Source: Alistipes sp. CAG:831 (GTDB lineage: Bacteria > Bacteroidota > Bacteroidia > Bacteroidales > UBA932). From it: a stretch of 64,000 nt of DNA. The notes below the pieces were generated by a model. It did not search any database. It was not told where the DNA came from and saw only the letters and a list, made by a program, of their open reading frames with translations. The stretch lies in contig HF990416.1 in the NCBI GenBank assembly GCA_000432775.1, positions 44,683 through 108,682 on the forward strand, in the 5' to 3' direction. A program made the translations under genes and the position numbers. Every line of letters starts with the position of its first letter. Position 1 is the stretch's first letter. This document shows positions 1 through 12,408 of the stretch, piece by piece.

Positions 1-179
1 CCGAAACATTTGAATATACCCTTGCTCGGAGATACCGAGAACGAGGGGGTCTTCTCGTTGTGGAAGGGGCAGCAGGCGATATAGTTGGCTCCGCGCCTCC
101 TGAGAGTGACGAAATCGCTGATGACGTCTACTATCTCGGTCGCGTCCAATATCTTTTCAACGGTGGCTCTGTCTATCAT
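1..179 (-). CDS. dnaG: DNA primase DnaG, N-terminal fragment (gene continues beyond window start)
   Basis: Reverse-strand translation from the ATG at 179 gives MIDRATVEKILDATEIVDVISDFVTLRRRGANYIACCPFHNEKTPSFSVSPSKGIFKCF. This carries the CHC2 zinc-finger motif CPFH..EKTPSF..CFGC of primase. The ORF runs off the window edge, so it is absent from the ORF track. Confidence 0.8.
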   Translation of the reverse strand, partial: MIDRATVEKILDATEIVDVISDFVTLRRRGANYIACCPFHNEKTPSFSVSPSKGIFKCF

Positions 180-247
180 AGGTTACAAAAATATGGATTT
201 TTGAAATATTCTGTCTACTTTTGTTTGATTTTGCATTTTTTCACGTC

Positions 248-1369
248 ATGCCCGATTACAACGTCAAGAACATATCCGCCCTGAAGACCAGAATTCAGAT
301 TTTCGACAAGGTCATCGTGGTCGTATGGGTAGGGCTGATAGTCCTGCTGTACTACGATATAAGCTGGGCTGTCGCACTCCTGCTGGTGGCCCAGCTGACA
401 CTGTACATCATCCGCCGCAGGATGAAGAAGGAACTCAACCAGAAAGAGATACTGGCCAAAATGGTGGAAGAGCGCACCACGGACCTCCGCCAGGAAAGGG
501 ACAAGGTGGTACAGGAGTCCAAGGAATTGTCCGACGCCCTCGATGCCCTGGCAAAGGCCCAGGACGAGCTGGTACGCAAGGAGAAGATGGCCACTGTCGG
601 CAACCTCACCTCCGGTCTGGTCGACCGTATTCTCAACCCGGTCAACTACATCAACAACTTCTCAGGCCTCACACTCAGCACCATGCAGGAACTGCGCGGG
701 GAGATCGAATCCGTCCGGGACAGCATCCCCGCCGACAAGTATGAGGACATCTCCGAGACCCTGGCCATCATAGACACCAATCTCGGCAAGATCAATGACC
801 ACGGCTGCAACACGGTCCGTATAGTCAAGGCCATGGAGGAACTCATCAAGACCCGCCACAGCAACATAACCCTCACCGATATCCGGACCGTGTGCCGCGT
901 GAACGTGGATCTGGCCCGCAAGCATTTCGCCCAGCAGATAGAGCTCAACGGGATAGACCTGCGCCTCAACCTGCCTGTCACCCCCGTACCGGCCGAAATC
1001 AGCATCGACGAGATGAACAAGGTACTGCACCACCTCATAAGCAACAGCATCTACGCTGTCATCAAGAAGCTCCAGAAGCAGAATTTCTCCCCCGAGATCA
1101 TAATCCGCGTCATACCTCTGCCCGGAGAGCATACCGAGATATCCGTAAGGGACAACGGCATAGGCATCGAGGACACCATCAAGTCCCGCATCTTCGAGCC
1201 GTTCTTCACCACCAAGCCTACCTCAGAGGCCGCCGGAACCGGTCTCTATCTGTGCCGCGAGATGATTCTCAACCACAAGGGAACCATCGACGTGGAAAGC
1301 CGTCAGGGCGAATACACAGAATTCCGCATCACCATTCCCAACCATCAAGACACTACATCCGATGAATGA
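248..1369 (+). CDS. Membrane-anchored histidine-kinase-like protein with a degenerate H-box (phosphoacceptor His replaced by Asp), N-terminal TM helices, coiled coil and an intact HATPase_c domain
   Basis: The first ATG is at 248; the ORF track starts at a TTG at 221. There are two hydrophobic helices (VIVVVWVGLIVLLYY, WAVALLLVAQLTLYII). The dimerisation region MATVGNLTSGLVDRILNPVNY aligns with the downstream kinase's LASLGMLTAGIAHEIQNPLNF, but has D-R where that kinase has H-E. ATPase motifs are present (DNGIGI, FTTKP, GTGLYL). Confidence 0.75.
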   Translation: MPDYNVKNISALKTRIQIFDKVIVVVWVGLIVLLYYDISWAVALLLVAQLTLYIIRRRMKKELNQKEILAKMVEERTTDLRQERDKVVQESKELSDALDALAKAQDELVRKEKMATVGNLTSGLVDRILNPVNYINNFSGLTLSTMQELRGEIESVRDSIPADKYEDISETLAIIDTNLGKINDHGCNTVRIVKAMEELIKTRHSNITLTDIRTVCRVNVDLARKHFAQQIELNGIDLRLNLPVTPVPAEISIDEMNKVLHHLISNSIYAVIKKLQKQNFSPEIIIRVIPLPGEHTEISVRDNGIGIEDTIKSRIFEPFFTTKPTSEAAGTGLYLCREMILNHKGTIDVESRQGEYTEFRITIPNHQDTTSDE

Positions 1370-2204
1370 GGACTCATACCAGGAACTGGCCCGGCTGCGG
1401 GAGCAGGTGACCAAACAGGAGAAACTGGCGTCGCTTGGCATGCTCACTGCCGGCATTGCCCACGAGATACAGAACCCGCTGAACTTTGTAATCAACTTCA
1501 GCAAGATGTCCTCCAAGCTGATGGAGGACCTCGAGGACATAGTCTCCGAAGTCTCCGGCAGCCTTTCTGAGGACGACCGCGAGGAACTGGGAGAAATCAT
1601 CTCCGACCTCAAGAGCAATATCACGCGCATCGGGGAGAACGGCGAGCGGGCCTCCAGCATCATCCGCAACATCCTGCTATACTCCCGCGGCAAGGAAGAC
1701 GAATACCTGCCGACCGACCTCTGCCGCCTGACCAAGGAGTACGTCGCCCTCTCCTACCACGCCATGCGGGCCAACCACAAGAACTTCAACGTCACCTTCG
1801 AGGAGGATTACGACGAGACCCTCCCACAGGTCAATGTCATACCCCAGGACTTCAGCCGGGCCGTGCTCAACATCATGAACAACGCCTGCTATGCCGTATT
1901 CGCCAAGTCGCGCGGAGCCACTGACTGCGGCTACAGTCCGACGATAAGCATATCCCTGCGCAGGGACGGGGACAACGCCCGTCTGGTCATCGAGGACAAC
2001 GGCACCGGCATCCCAAAGGATATCCGCAGGCATCTGTTCACCCCCTTCTTCACCACCAAGCCTGTGGGAGAGGGCACAGGACTGGGTCTGTCTATCACCA
2101 AGTCCATCATCGAGCAGAAGCACCGCGGGAAGATAGAAGTCGAGTCCGAGCCCGGACAGTACAGCCGTTTCATCATCACCATTCCACTCAATCTTAAAAA
2201 ATAG
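1362..2204 (+). CDS. Cytoplasmic sensor histidine kinase (HisKA + HATPase_c), translationally coupled to the upstream pseudo-kinase
   Basis: H-box AHEIQNPL, N box LNIMNNACYAV, G1 EDNGTGIP, G2 GTGLGLSI. There are no TM segments. The start ATG overlaps the upstream stop by 8 nt (ATGAATGA). Confidence 0.85.
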   Translation: MNEDSYQELARLREQVTKQEKLASLGMLTAGIAHEIQNPLNFVINFSKMSSKLMEDLEDIVSEVSGSLSEDDREELGEIISDLKSNITRIGENGERASSIIRNILLYSRGKEDEYLPTDLCRLTKEYVALSYHAMRANHKNFNVTFEEDYDETLPQVNVIPQDFSRAVLNIMNNACYAVFAKSRGATDCGYSPTISISLRRDGDNARLVIEDNGTGIPKDIRRHLFTPFFTTKPVGEGTGLGLSITKSIIEQKHRGKIEVESEPGQYSRFIITIPLNLKK

Positions 2205-2216
2205 AAATCCGACAAT

Positions 2217-3527
2217 ATGGCACTCAAAATACTAAGCGTAGACGACGAGGTAGATTTGGAAATCCTGCTCACACAGTATTTCCGCCGCAAAATAAAAAAG
2301 GGCGAGTACGAATTTTCCTTCGCCCACAACGGGGTCGAGGCCCTCAGGATGCTCCTGGAGCACCCTGACTTCGACATCATCCTGAGCGACATCAACATGC
2401 CCGAAATGGACGGACTGACCCTGCTCTCGAAGATCAACGAGATGCGCAACCCGGCCCTCAAGTGCATCATGGTCTCCGCCTACGGCGACATGGACAACAT
2501 CCGCAGTGCCATGAACCAGGGTGCCTTCGACTTCACCACCAAGCCCATAGACCTGAACGACCTGGAACGCACCATCGAGAAAGCCGCCGAACAGATAGCC
2601 TTCGTCAAGAAGGCCCAGGAGGAGCATTCCCAGCTGGCCTCGATACAGAATGACCTGCACGTGGCCCAGGAGATCCAGGAGACCATCCTGCCCAAGGAAC
2701 TGCCGGCCTTCCCAGAAGAGGTACGCCGCCGGTTCGACCTGGCCACCAGCATGAAAGCCGCAAAATATGTCGGGGGCGATTTCTACGACTATTTCAAGAT
2801 CGACGACACCCGCCTCGGCATAGTCATCGGCGACGTCTCGGGCAAGGGAGTCCCCGCCGCCATCTTCATGGCCATCAGCCGGACCATCCTGCGCACCATA
2901 GCCCTATCCTGCCCGTCGTGCGCCGACTGCCTCCGTCAGACCAATAACATCCTCAGCAAAGACAGCGTAGAGGACATGTTCGTCACCGTATTCTACGGTA
3001 TCCTCGACCTGAGCACCGGCCATATCAAATACTCCAACGCCGGCCACAACCCTCCCGTTCTCATCCACCGCGACGGAAAGGCCTCCCTGCTCGAGCCCAC
3101 CGGAGACATCGCCCTCGGAGCCGTCCCCGACGTCCCCTACTGCGAGAAAGAGACCGTCCTGACCCCTGGAGACAGCCTGCTGCTCTACACCGACGGAGTC
3201 ACCGAAGCCATGAGCCGCAGCGAAGAGCTCTTCGGAACCGCCAGGCTGCTGGAGCTCTGCACGCAGATCTCCGGAACACTGACACCCGGCATACAGACTC
3301 CCGAAAGTTCCCATGCCGCCGATGCTGATAACACAGCTGCTGCCGATGCCGCGAATACTGCCGATGCCGCCACACCTTCCGGCCAGACCAAGACCGTCTC
3401 GACCAACCCTTCCAGGCCCACCGCACCGGACCTCCTGCTGTCAGGCATAGACACATCCCTTTCCGCCTTCACCGACGGAGCCCCCCAGTCCGATGACATC
3501 ACCCTGCTGGCCCTCACCTACAAGTAA
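2217..3527 (+). CDS. Response regulator receiver domain fused to a PP2C/SpoIIE-type serine phosphatase (RsbU/RsbY-like)
   Basis: REC motifs LSVDDE...ILSDINMPEMDG...KP. PP2C/SpoIIE motifs GGDFYDY, GDVSGKGVPAAIFMA, YTDGVTEA. The C-terminal Ala/Asp/Thr-rich low-complexity tail contains AADADNTAAADAANTADAAT. Confidence 0.85.
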   Translation: MALKILSVDDEVDLEILLTQYFRRKIKKGEYEFSFAHNGVEALRMLLEHPDFDIILSDINMPEMDGLTLLSKINEMRNPALKCIMVSAYGDMDNIRSAMNQGAFDFTTKPIDLNDLERTIEKAAEQIAFVKKAQEEHSQLASIQNDLHVAQEIQETILPKELPAFPEEVRRRFDLATSMKAAKYVGGDFYDYFKIDDTRLGIVIGDVSGKGVPAAIFMAISRTILRTIALSCPSCADCLRQTNNILSKDSVEDMFVTVFYGILDLSTGHIKYSNAGHNPPVLIHRDGKASLLEPTGDIALGAVPDVPYCEKETVLTPGDSLLLYTDGVTEAMSRSEELFGTARLLELCTQISGTLTPGIQTPESSHAADADNTAAADAANTADAATPSGQTKTVSTNPSRPTAPDLLLSGIDTSLSAFTDGAPQSDDITLLALTYK

Positions 3528-3699
3528 TCGCCCTGCCACAGAAAGTTTCACGCACCTGATTGCCCCGCCCGCACAGCCGGCAATCAGGAGGCCTACCCCT
3601 ATCCCCCTGTTTTCGGAAACTATCCGGAGCCTCGCGACAATCTCCCCTTCCTGGGAAGGGGCCGGGGGTTGGGTCATGGAAGACGCCCGCCTGGGCACA

Positions 3700-3735
3700 A
3701 AAAAAGTGAGAATCTTTCGATTCTCACTTTTTTTG
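3700..3735. terminator. Bidirectional rho-independent terminator (A-run, 10-bp stem, T-run)
   Basis: AAAAAAA-AGTGAGAATC-TTTC-GATTCTCACT-TTTTTTT. It lies 3' of the REC-PP2C gene on + and 3' of tRNA-Leu on -. Confidence 0.75.
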
Positions 3736-3736
3736 T

Positions 3737-3820
3737 GCCCGGAACAGGACTCGAACCTGCACAGCCTTGCGGCCACTAGTCCCTGAAACTAGCGTGTCTA
3801 CCAATTTCACCATCCGGGCA
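3737..3820 (-). tRNA. tRNA-Leu (anticodon CAG), type II with a long variable arm
   Basis: The reverse complement reads GCCCGGATGGTGAAATTGGTAGACACGCTAGTTTCAGGGACTAGTGGCCGCAAGGCTGTGCAGGTTCGAGTCCTGTTCCGGGCA. Cloverleaf: D arm, anticodon stem CTAGT/ACTAG with loop TTCAGGG, long extra arm, T arm GGTTCGAGTCC. CCA is not encoded. Confidence 0.9.
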
Positions 3821-3847
3821 GACACTTCCTTTTTTCAAAGGGACTGC

Positions 3848-3877
3848 AAAGATAGTGCTTTTTTTGTATATCGCAAA

Positions 3878-3878
<1 letters not shown>
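3848..3878 (-). promoter_or_regulatory. Bacteroidetes-type promoter for tRNA-Leu (-33 TTTG, -7 TAtcTTTG)
   Basis: The - strand reads AATTTGCGATATAC...CACTATCTTTGCAGTCCC. The 16-mer CTATCTTTGCAGTCCC is shared with the tRNA-Asn promoter. Confidence 0.5.
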
Positions 3879-8339
<4,461 letters not shown>

Positions 8340-8351
8340 ATCACAGAGAAA

Positions 8352-10418
8352 ATGAAAGAGTACAAACGTTATCTTGTCACCTCCGCTCTGCCTTACGCGA
8401 ACGGACCTGTTCACATCGGTCACCTGGCGGGAGTCTACGTGCCCGCCGATATCTACGTCAGATATCTCCGAATGTGCGGCAGGGACGTGTTCTTCGTAGG
8501 CGGCTCGGACGAGCACGGGGTGCCCATCACCATCCAGGCCCGCAAGCAGGGCTGCTCGCCCCAGGATATCGTGGACAAATACCATAAGCTGATCAAGGAG
8601 TCTTTCGCAGAGCTCGGCATCAGTTTCGACATTTATTCCAGGACTACGTCCAAGACCCACTACAAGACCGCATCCGAGTTCTTCCGCAAGCTCTACGACG
8701 AGGGCAAGTTCGTCGAGAGGGAGAGCGAGCAGTACTACGATGAGGAGGCCGGACAGTTCCTGGCAGACCGCTACATCGTAGGAACCTGCCCCAAGTGCGG
8801 CAATGAGAGGGCCTACGGAGACCAGTGCGAGAAATGCGGTTGCACCCTCAGCCCCGACGAACTGATCAACCCCCATTCCGCCCTTAGCGGCAAGCCGCCC
8901 GTAAAGAGGCGTACCAAGCACTGGTACCTGCCTCTGAACGAGTACGAGCCCTGGCTCCGCCAGTGGATCCTCGAGGAGCATAAGGAGTGGAAGGTCAATG
9001 TCTACGGCCAGTGCAAGTCCTGGCTTGACGGCGGTCTCCAGCCCAGGGCGGTGAGCCGTGACCTCGACTGGGGCATCCCCGTGCCGGTGGAAGGAGCTGA
9101 GGGCAAGGTGCTCTACGTCTGGTTCGACGCCCCCATCGGCTACATTTCCAACACTATAGAAGCCCGTCCCGATGACTGGGAGAAATACTGGAAGAGCCCC
9201 GACACCAAGATGGTGCACTTCATCGGCAAGGACAACATCGTCTTCCACTGCATCGTCTTCCCCTGCATGCTCAAAGCCTACGGAGACGGTTACATCCTCC
9301 CGGACAACGTGCCTGCCAATGAGTTCCTGAATCTCGAGGGCGACAAGCTCTCTACTTCCCGCAACTGGGCCATCTGGCTGCACGAGTACCTGCGGGACTT
9401 CCCCGGCAAGCAGGACGTGCTGCGCTATGTGCTCTGCGCCAACGCTCCGGAGACCAAGGACAACGATTTTACATGGAAGGACTTCCAGACCCGCAACAAC
9501 TCCGAGCTGGTGGCCATCTACGGCAACTTCGTCAACCGTGCCGTCGTTCTGACCCACAAGTATTTCGACGGAAAAGTGCCTGCGGACCTGAAGCCGGAGG
9601 CCATTGACTCCGAGACCCTTGCCCAGGTGCCTGCCATTAAGGCCGCCATCACCGATGCCCTTGAGCACTACCGTTTCCGCGAGGCCCTCAAGGAGGCCAT
9701 GAACCTCGCCCGTCTCGGCAACAAGTACCTCACCGACACCGAGCCGTGGAAGGTGGCCAAGACCGACATGGACCGTACTGCCTCCATCCTCAACGTGTCC
9801 CTGAAACTCTGTGCCGACCTGGCCATAGCCTTTGCGCCCTTCATCCCGTTCTCGTCCGACAAGCTCCTGAAGATTCTCAACCTGCCGGAGGATGTCCTCA
9901 AGTGGGACAATATAGGCCGGGAGGATTTGCTGCCTGAGGGACATCAGCTGGGCAAGGCCGAGCTGCTCTTCGAGAAGATAGAGGACGAGGCGATAAACGC
10001 CCAGATGGAGCGTCTGGAGAATATCCGTAAGGCCAATGCCAAGGCTGAGGCCTCTGCGGCAGCCGCAGAGGCACAGGTCGAACCGCAGAAACCCGAGTGC
10101 ACCTTTGACGAGTTCGGCAAGATGGACATCCGGACGGCTACCGTCCTGGAGGCCGAAAGGGTGCCCAAGACCGACAAGCTGCTGAAACTTACCATAGATA
10201 CCGGCATAGACAAGCGCGTGATAGTTTCCGGCATAGCCGAGTACTATACCCCGGAGGAGATGGTCGGCAAGCAGATATGCATCCTGGCCAATCTGGCTCC
10301 CCGCAAGATCCGCGGTATCGAGTCCAAGGGTATGATCCTGATGGCCAAGCAGCCCGACGGCAAGATGCGTATCGTGTCTCCAGAGGAGAGGCTCTGCAAC
10401 GGTGCGACGGTAGGATAA
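8352..10418 (+). CDS. metG: Methionine--tRNA ligase with C-terminal tRNA-binding (EMAP/Trbp111-like) domain
   Basis: The N-terminus [27 protein letters not shown] carries the HIGH motif. KMSKS-region (KLSTSRNW) and zinc knuckle (CPKCG...CEKCG) are present. The C-terminal domain reads [26 protein letters not shown]. Confidence 0.95.
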   Translation: MKEYKRYLVTSALPYANGPVHIGHLAGVYVPADIYVRYLRMCGRDVFFVGGSDEHGVPITIQARKQGCSPQDIVDKYHKLIKESFAELGISFDIYSRTTSKTHYKTASEFFRKLYDEGKFVERESEQYYDEEAGQFLADRYIVGTCPKCGNERAYGDQCEKCGCTLSPDELINPHSALSGKPPVKRRTKHWYLPLNEYEPWLRQWILEEHKEWKVNVYGQCKSWLDGGLQPRAVSRDLDWGIPVPVEGAEGKVLYVWFDAPIGYISNTIEARPDDWEKYWKSPDTKMVHFIGKDNIVFHCIVFPCMLKAYGDGYILPDNVPANEFLNLEGDKLSTSRNWAIWLHEYLRDFPGKQDVLRYVLCANAPETKDNDFTWKDFQTRNNSELVAIYGNFVNRAVVLTHKYFDGKVPADLKPEAIDSETLAQVPAIKAAITDALEHYRFREALKEAMNLARLGNKYLTDTEPWKVAKTDMDRTASILNVSLKLCADLAIAFAPFIPFSSDKLLKILNLPEDVLKWDNIGREDLLPEGHQLGKAELLFEKIEDEAINAQMERLENIRKANAKAEASAAAAEAQVEPQKPECTFDEFGKMDIRTATVLEAERVPKTDKLLKLTIDTGIDKRVIVSGIAEYYTPEEMVGKQICILANLAPRKIRGIESKGMILMAKQPDGKMRIVSPEERLCNGATVG

Positions 10419-10426
10419 TCTCTAAT

Positions 10427-10605
10427 CTCAACGAATAAACTTCGGGATGCAAGGCGATTTGCAAGTCCCGGAATATCAGTGATATAAGAAATGGAGTGCA
10501 CATTTGCCATGTTTTGAAAACGGGCAAATGTGCACTTCGTTTTTTTGTGGTCTTGATAGTCAGATGTTTACGAAGCAGACTGCACCACGAAGTTTATTCG
10601 TTGAG
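10427..10605. repeat. MITE-like palindromic element, copy 1 (18-bp perfect terminal inverted repeats CTCAACGAATAAACTTCG / CGAAGTTTATTCGTTGAG), enclosing the metG terminator
   Basis: 18/18 inverted repeat bounding 179 bp between the convergent metG and HU-like genes. Related to copy 2 at 12069-12239. Confidence 0.6.
10497..10547 (+). terminator. Rho-independent terminator of metG (13-bp perfect stem)
   Basis: GTGCACATTTGCC-ATGTTTTGAAAAC-GGCAAATGTGCAC followed by TTCGTTTTTTT. It lies inside a TIR-bounded element. Confidence 0.8.
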
Positions 10606-10634
10606 TGGAGTGTCCGTGATGTTCTGTACCGATA

Positions 10635-11471
10635 TTATAGTCCGTGCTGCTCCAAAAGCTCCAGTTCTTCGTCTGAGTAGATGAGACGGTCCAGCTTGCC
10701 GCTGCGGCCCAGAGCTACGAGGATGACAGCGGCTACGATGATTGCTGCCAGTATGCCCATGATGAGGTACCAGATGCGGTAGCCGTCCCATTTCCCGCCC
10801 TGCTTCTTCTCCTTGTCAGCCGTATGCTTGCCGTCGCTTCCCTGGCCTGTTCCATCGCTGTGTTCCCTCCTGTCTTCCTGCGTTTTTCCGCCGCTCTGTC
10901 CTTTTCCGTCGCCAGTCGGACCTGCATCAGATGCTCTGCGTGTCCCGGACTCTGCAGAGGTCTGCTGCGTCCTATCCACGTCTGCTGTCTGCGCACCGGT
11001 GTTCTCCATGCCTGAGGAAAGTCCCGTGGCAACCGTCTGTCCCGTCCTTATCGGCTTGAGAGTTATCGGCTCGAATCCGAAAGCCTGGGCGAAGATGCCT
11101 CCATCCTGCTCCGCCACGAAATAGACATTGCCTTCGAGGGTGTTCCGCAACCATCCAAGTCCGGGGAACTCGATATTCTTCCTCTCTTTCAGAGTAACTT
11201 TCAACTGCTGAAGGAAAGCCTCCAGTTCGGTCGCCGCCGTCTTCCCGTCCATGCCCGTGCCTGCGGCATAGTACTTCGCTACCAGGTCTCCGACAGCCCT
11301 GTCGTCCCCTTTGAAGGAGATACGCTTTGACGGAGGGTAGATGGTCTTGCCGTCTTCGGAAAAATGTGCCGGCATAGGCTCTGTCTGGAAATATCCCATT
11401 CCAGGCAGCGGAATGCGGTCATTATCAATGATAAGTTCCTTGAGCAGGCGGGAGAGAAGAAGAACGTCCAT
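10635..11471 (-). CDS. HU-like (HU-CCDC81 type) tandem DNA-binding domain protein with Gly/Asp/Lys-rich linker and a single C-terminal TM helix
   Basis: Two HU-like half domains (LLKELIIDNDRIPLPGMGYF...; ELEAFLQQLKVTLKERKNIEFPGLGWL...). These are followed by a low-complexity linker, then TM WYLIMGILAAIIVAAVILVAL, then a short tail. No SPOR domain. Confidence 0.55.
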   Translation of the reverse strand: MDVLLLSRLLKELIIDNDRIPLPGMGYFQTEPMPAHFSEDGKTIYPPSKRISFKGDDRAVGDLVAKYYAAGTGMDGKTAATELEAFLQQLKVTLKERKNIEFPGLGWLRNTLEGNVYFVAEQDGGIFAQAFGFEPITLKPIRTGQTVATGLSSGMENTGAQTADVDRTQQTSAESGTRRASDAGPTGDGKGQSGGKTQEDRREHSDGTGQGSDGKHTADKEKKQGGKWDGYRIWYLIMGILAAIIVAAVILVALGRSGKLDRLIYSDEELELLEQHGL

Positions 11472-11512
11472 AAGGCTTTTCTAAAAATTTCTGCACAAAG
11501 TTAAATTATTTT

Positions 11513-11542
11513 TTTGCAAGTTGAAAAAAATATCTATCTTTG
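11513..11542 (+). promoter_or_regulatory. Bacteroidetes-type promoter for tRNA-Asn (-33 TTTG at 11513, -7 TATCTTTG at 11535)
   Basis: TTTG, an 18-nt spacer, TATCTTTG, then GCAGTCCC. Identical -7/downstream 16-mer as the tRNA-Leu promoter. Confidence 0.55.
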
Positions 11543-11560
11543 CAGTCCCGAAAGGAAAAT

Positions 11561-11634
11561 TCCTCTTTAGCTCAGTTGGTTAGAGCACCTGACTGTTAAT
11601 CAGGGGGTCCTAGGTTCAAGTCCTAGAAGGGGAG
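11561..11634 (+). tRNA. tRNA-Asn (anticodon GTT)
   Basis: TCCTCTTTAGCTCAGTTGGTTAGAGCACCTGACTGTTAATCAGGGGGTCCTAGGTTCAAGTCCTAGAAGGGGAG. The anticodon loop is CTGTTAA and the T-loop is GTTCAAG. CCA is not encoded. Confidence 0.9.
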
Positions 11635-11668
11635 CGAGATTTACTATGTTTTCATAATGTTATTTTTT

Positions 11669-11706
11669 CCTCCTTGCGCCGTGACGGTGGCAAGGAGGTT
11701 TTTTTA
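11669..11706 (+). terminator. Rho-independent terminator downstream of tRNA-Asn
   Basis: CCTCCTTGC-CGTGACGGTG-GCAAGGAGG followed by TTTTTTTT. Confidence 0.75.
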
Positions 11707-11892
11707 TGGAGAAAAACAGGACAAAACTTTTTCCCCCCGGCACATTCCAGAAAATGGGGAGTGATATCGCGTCACTCTGCAGGAAGGCTCAGATGCGCTC
11801 GAATATAACCAACTAATATGACTATCCGCAAAAATACCCCCAGGCCGCAAGAACCTCTCCTAAACCCACTTCCACCGCAAATCTTTTCTACG

Positions 11893-12045
11893 CTCCTTCC
11901 GAAGGAGTAAGGGACGCTCACCATCGCTACAGGCACCGGAAAGCCATTTTCGCCGTAGATCTGCCCTTCACTCCTTCCGAAGGAGTCGCATTTTCCGGCA
12001 TTTCCCAACTCCTTCCGAAGGAGTAGGGGACGCTCACCATCGATA
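11893..12045. repeat. Cluster of three 15-bp palindromes CTCCTTCCGAAGGAG (11893, 11971, 12009). Two are extended as a ~45-bp direct repeat CTCCTTCCGAAGGAGTARGGGACGCTCACCATCGMTA.
   Basis: Direct inspection. The middle copy is nested in a longer hairpin (CCGGAAAGCC...GCATTTTCCGG). A related copy lies at 40251-40265. Confidence 0.6.
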
Positions 12046-12068
12046 GGGATACACGAAGAGCTACTTTG

Positions 12069-12239
12069 ACGAATTTACTTCGGGGTGCACTATGATTTTT
12101 AACAAATTGAAAATCAGCGGCCTGCAAATTCCGCTGCACATTAGACCTGTCGCAAAAGAGAGCGAATGTGCAGCACGTTTTGTAACTATTTGATTAACAG
12201 AAAGGTTTTCCTTCCCTGTGCACCCCGAAGTAAATTCGT
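12069..12239. repeat. MITE-like palindromic element, copy 2 (TIR ACGAATTTACTTCGGGGTGCAC / GTGCACCCCGAAGTAAATTCGT), 171 bp
   Basis: 22-bp terminal inverted repeats. Internal imperfect palindromes (GCTGCACATT / AATGTGCAGC). The TIRs are homologous to those of copy 1 (AACGAATWWACTTCG). Confidence 0.6.
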
Positions 12240-12408
12240 TTAAAGCAGGTTCGAATATTCTGTCCATCACTTGCCCAAAATCAAGAGATTTTCATTATGC
12301 GGCAGTTCTCAGATTGTCATACACTCCCTTAATTGCAACAATATACGGAAAGTGCAAAATATGATCGTTTCTTGTGGCAAGGGGTATTTTTGCGGACAGC
12401 CATTTCAA

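Noticed and set aside
60-284. 74-aa + strand ORF at the window start
   Set aside because: It overlaps the reverse-strand dnaG N-terminus, which has unmistakable primase zinc-finger homology.
11706-11816. 36-aa ORF (MEKNRTKLFPPGTFQKMGSDIASLCRKAQMRSNITN) right after the tRNA-Asn terminator
   Set aside because: It starts within the terminator T-tract, has no promoter, and lies in a repeat-rich non-coding region. There is not enough evidence to call a small protein.
11893-12045. Possible mini-CRISPR array (three repeated palindromes)
   Set aside because: The repeat is only 15 bp (or ~45 bp in two copies). Spacings are irregular (77 and 39 bp). There are no cas genes in the window, and a related copy sits in another intergenic site. 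A REP-like element is more plausible.
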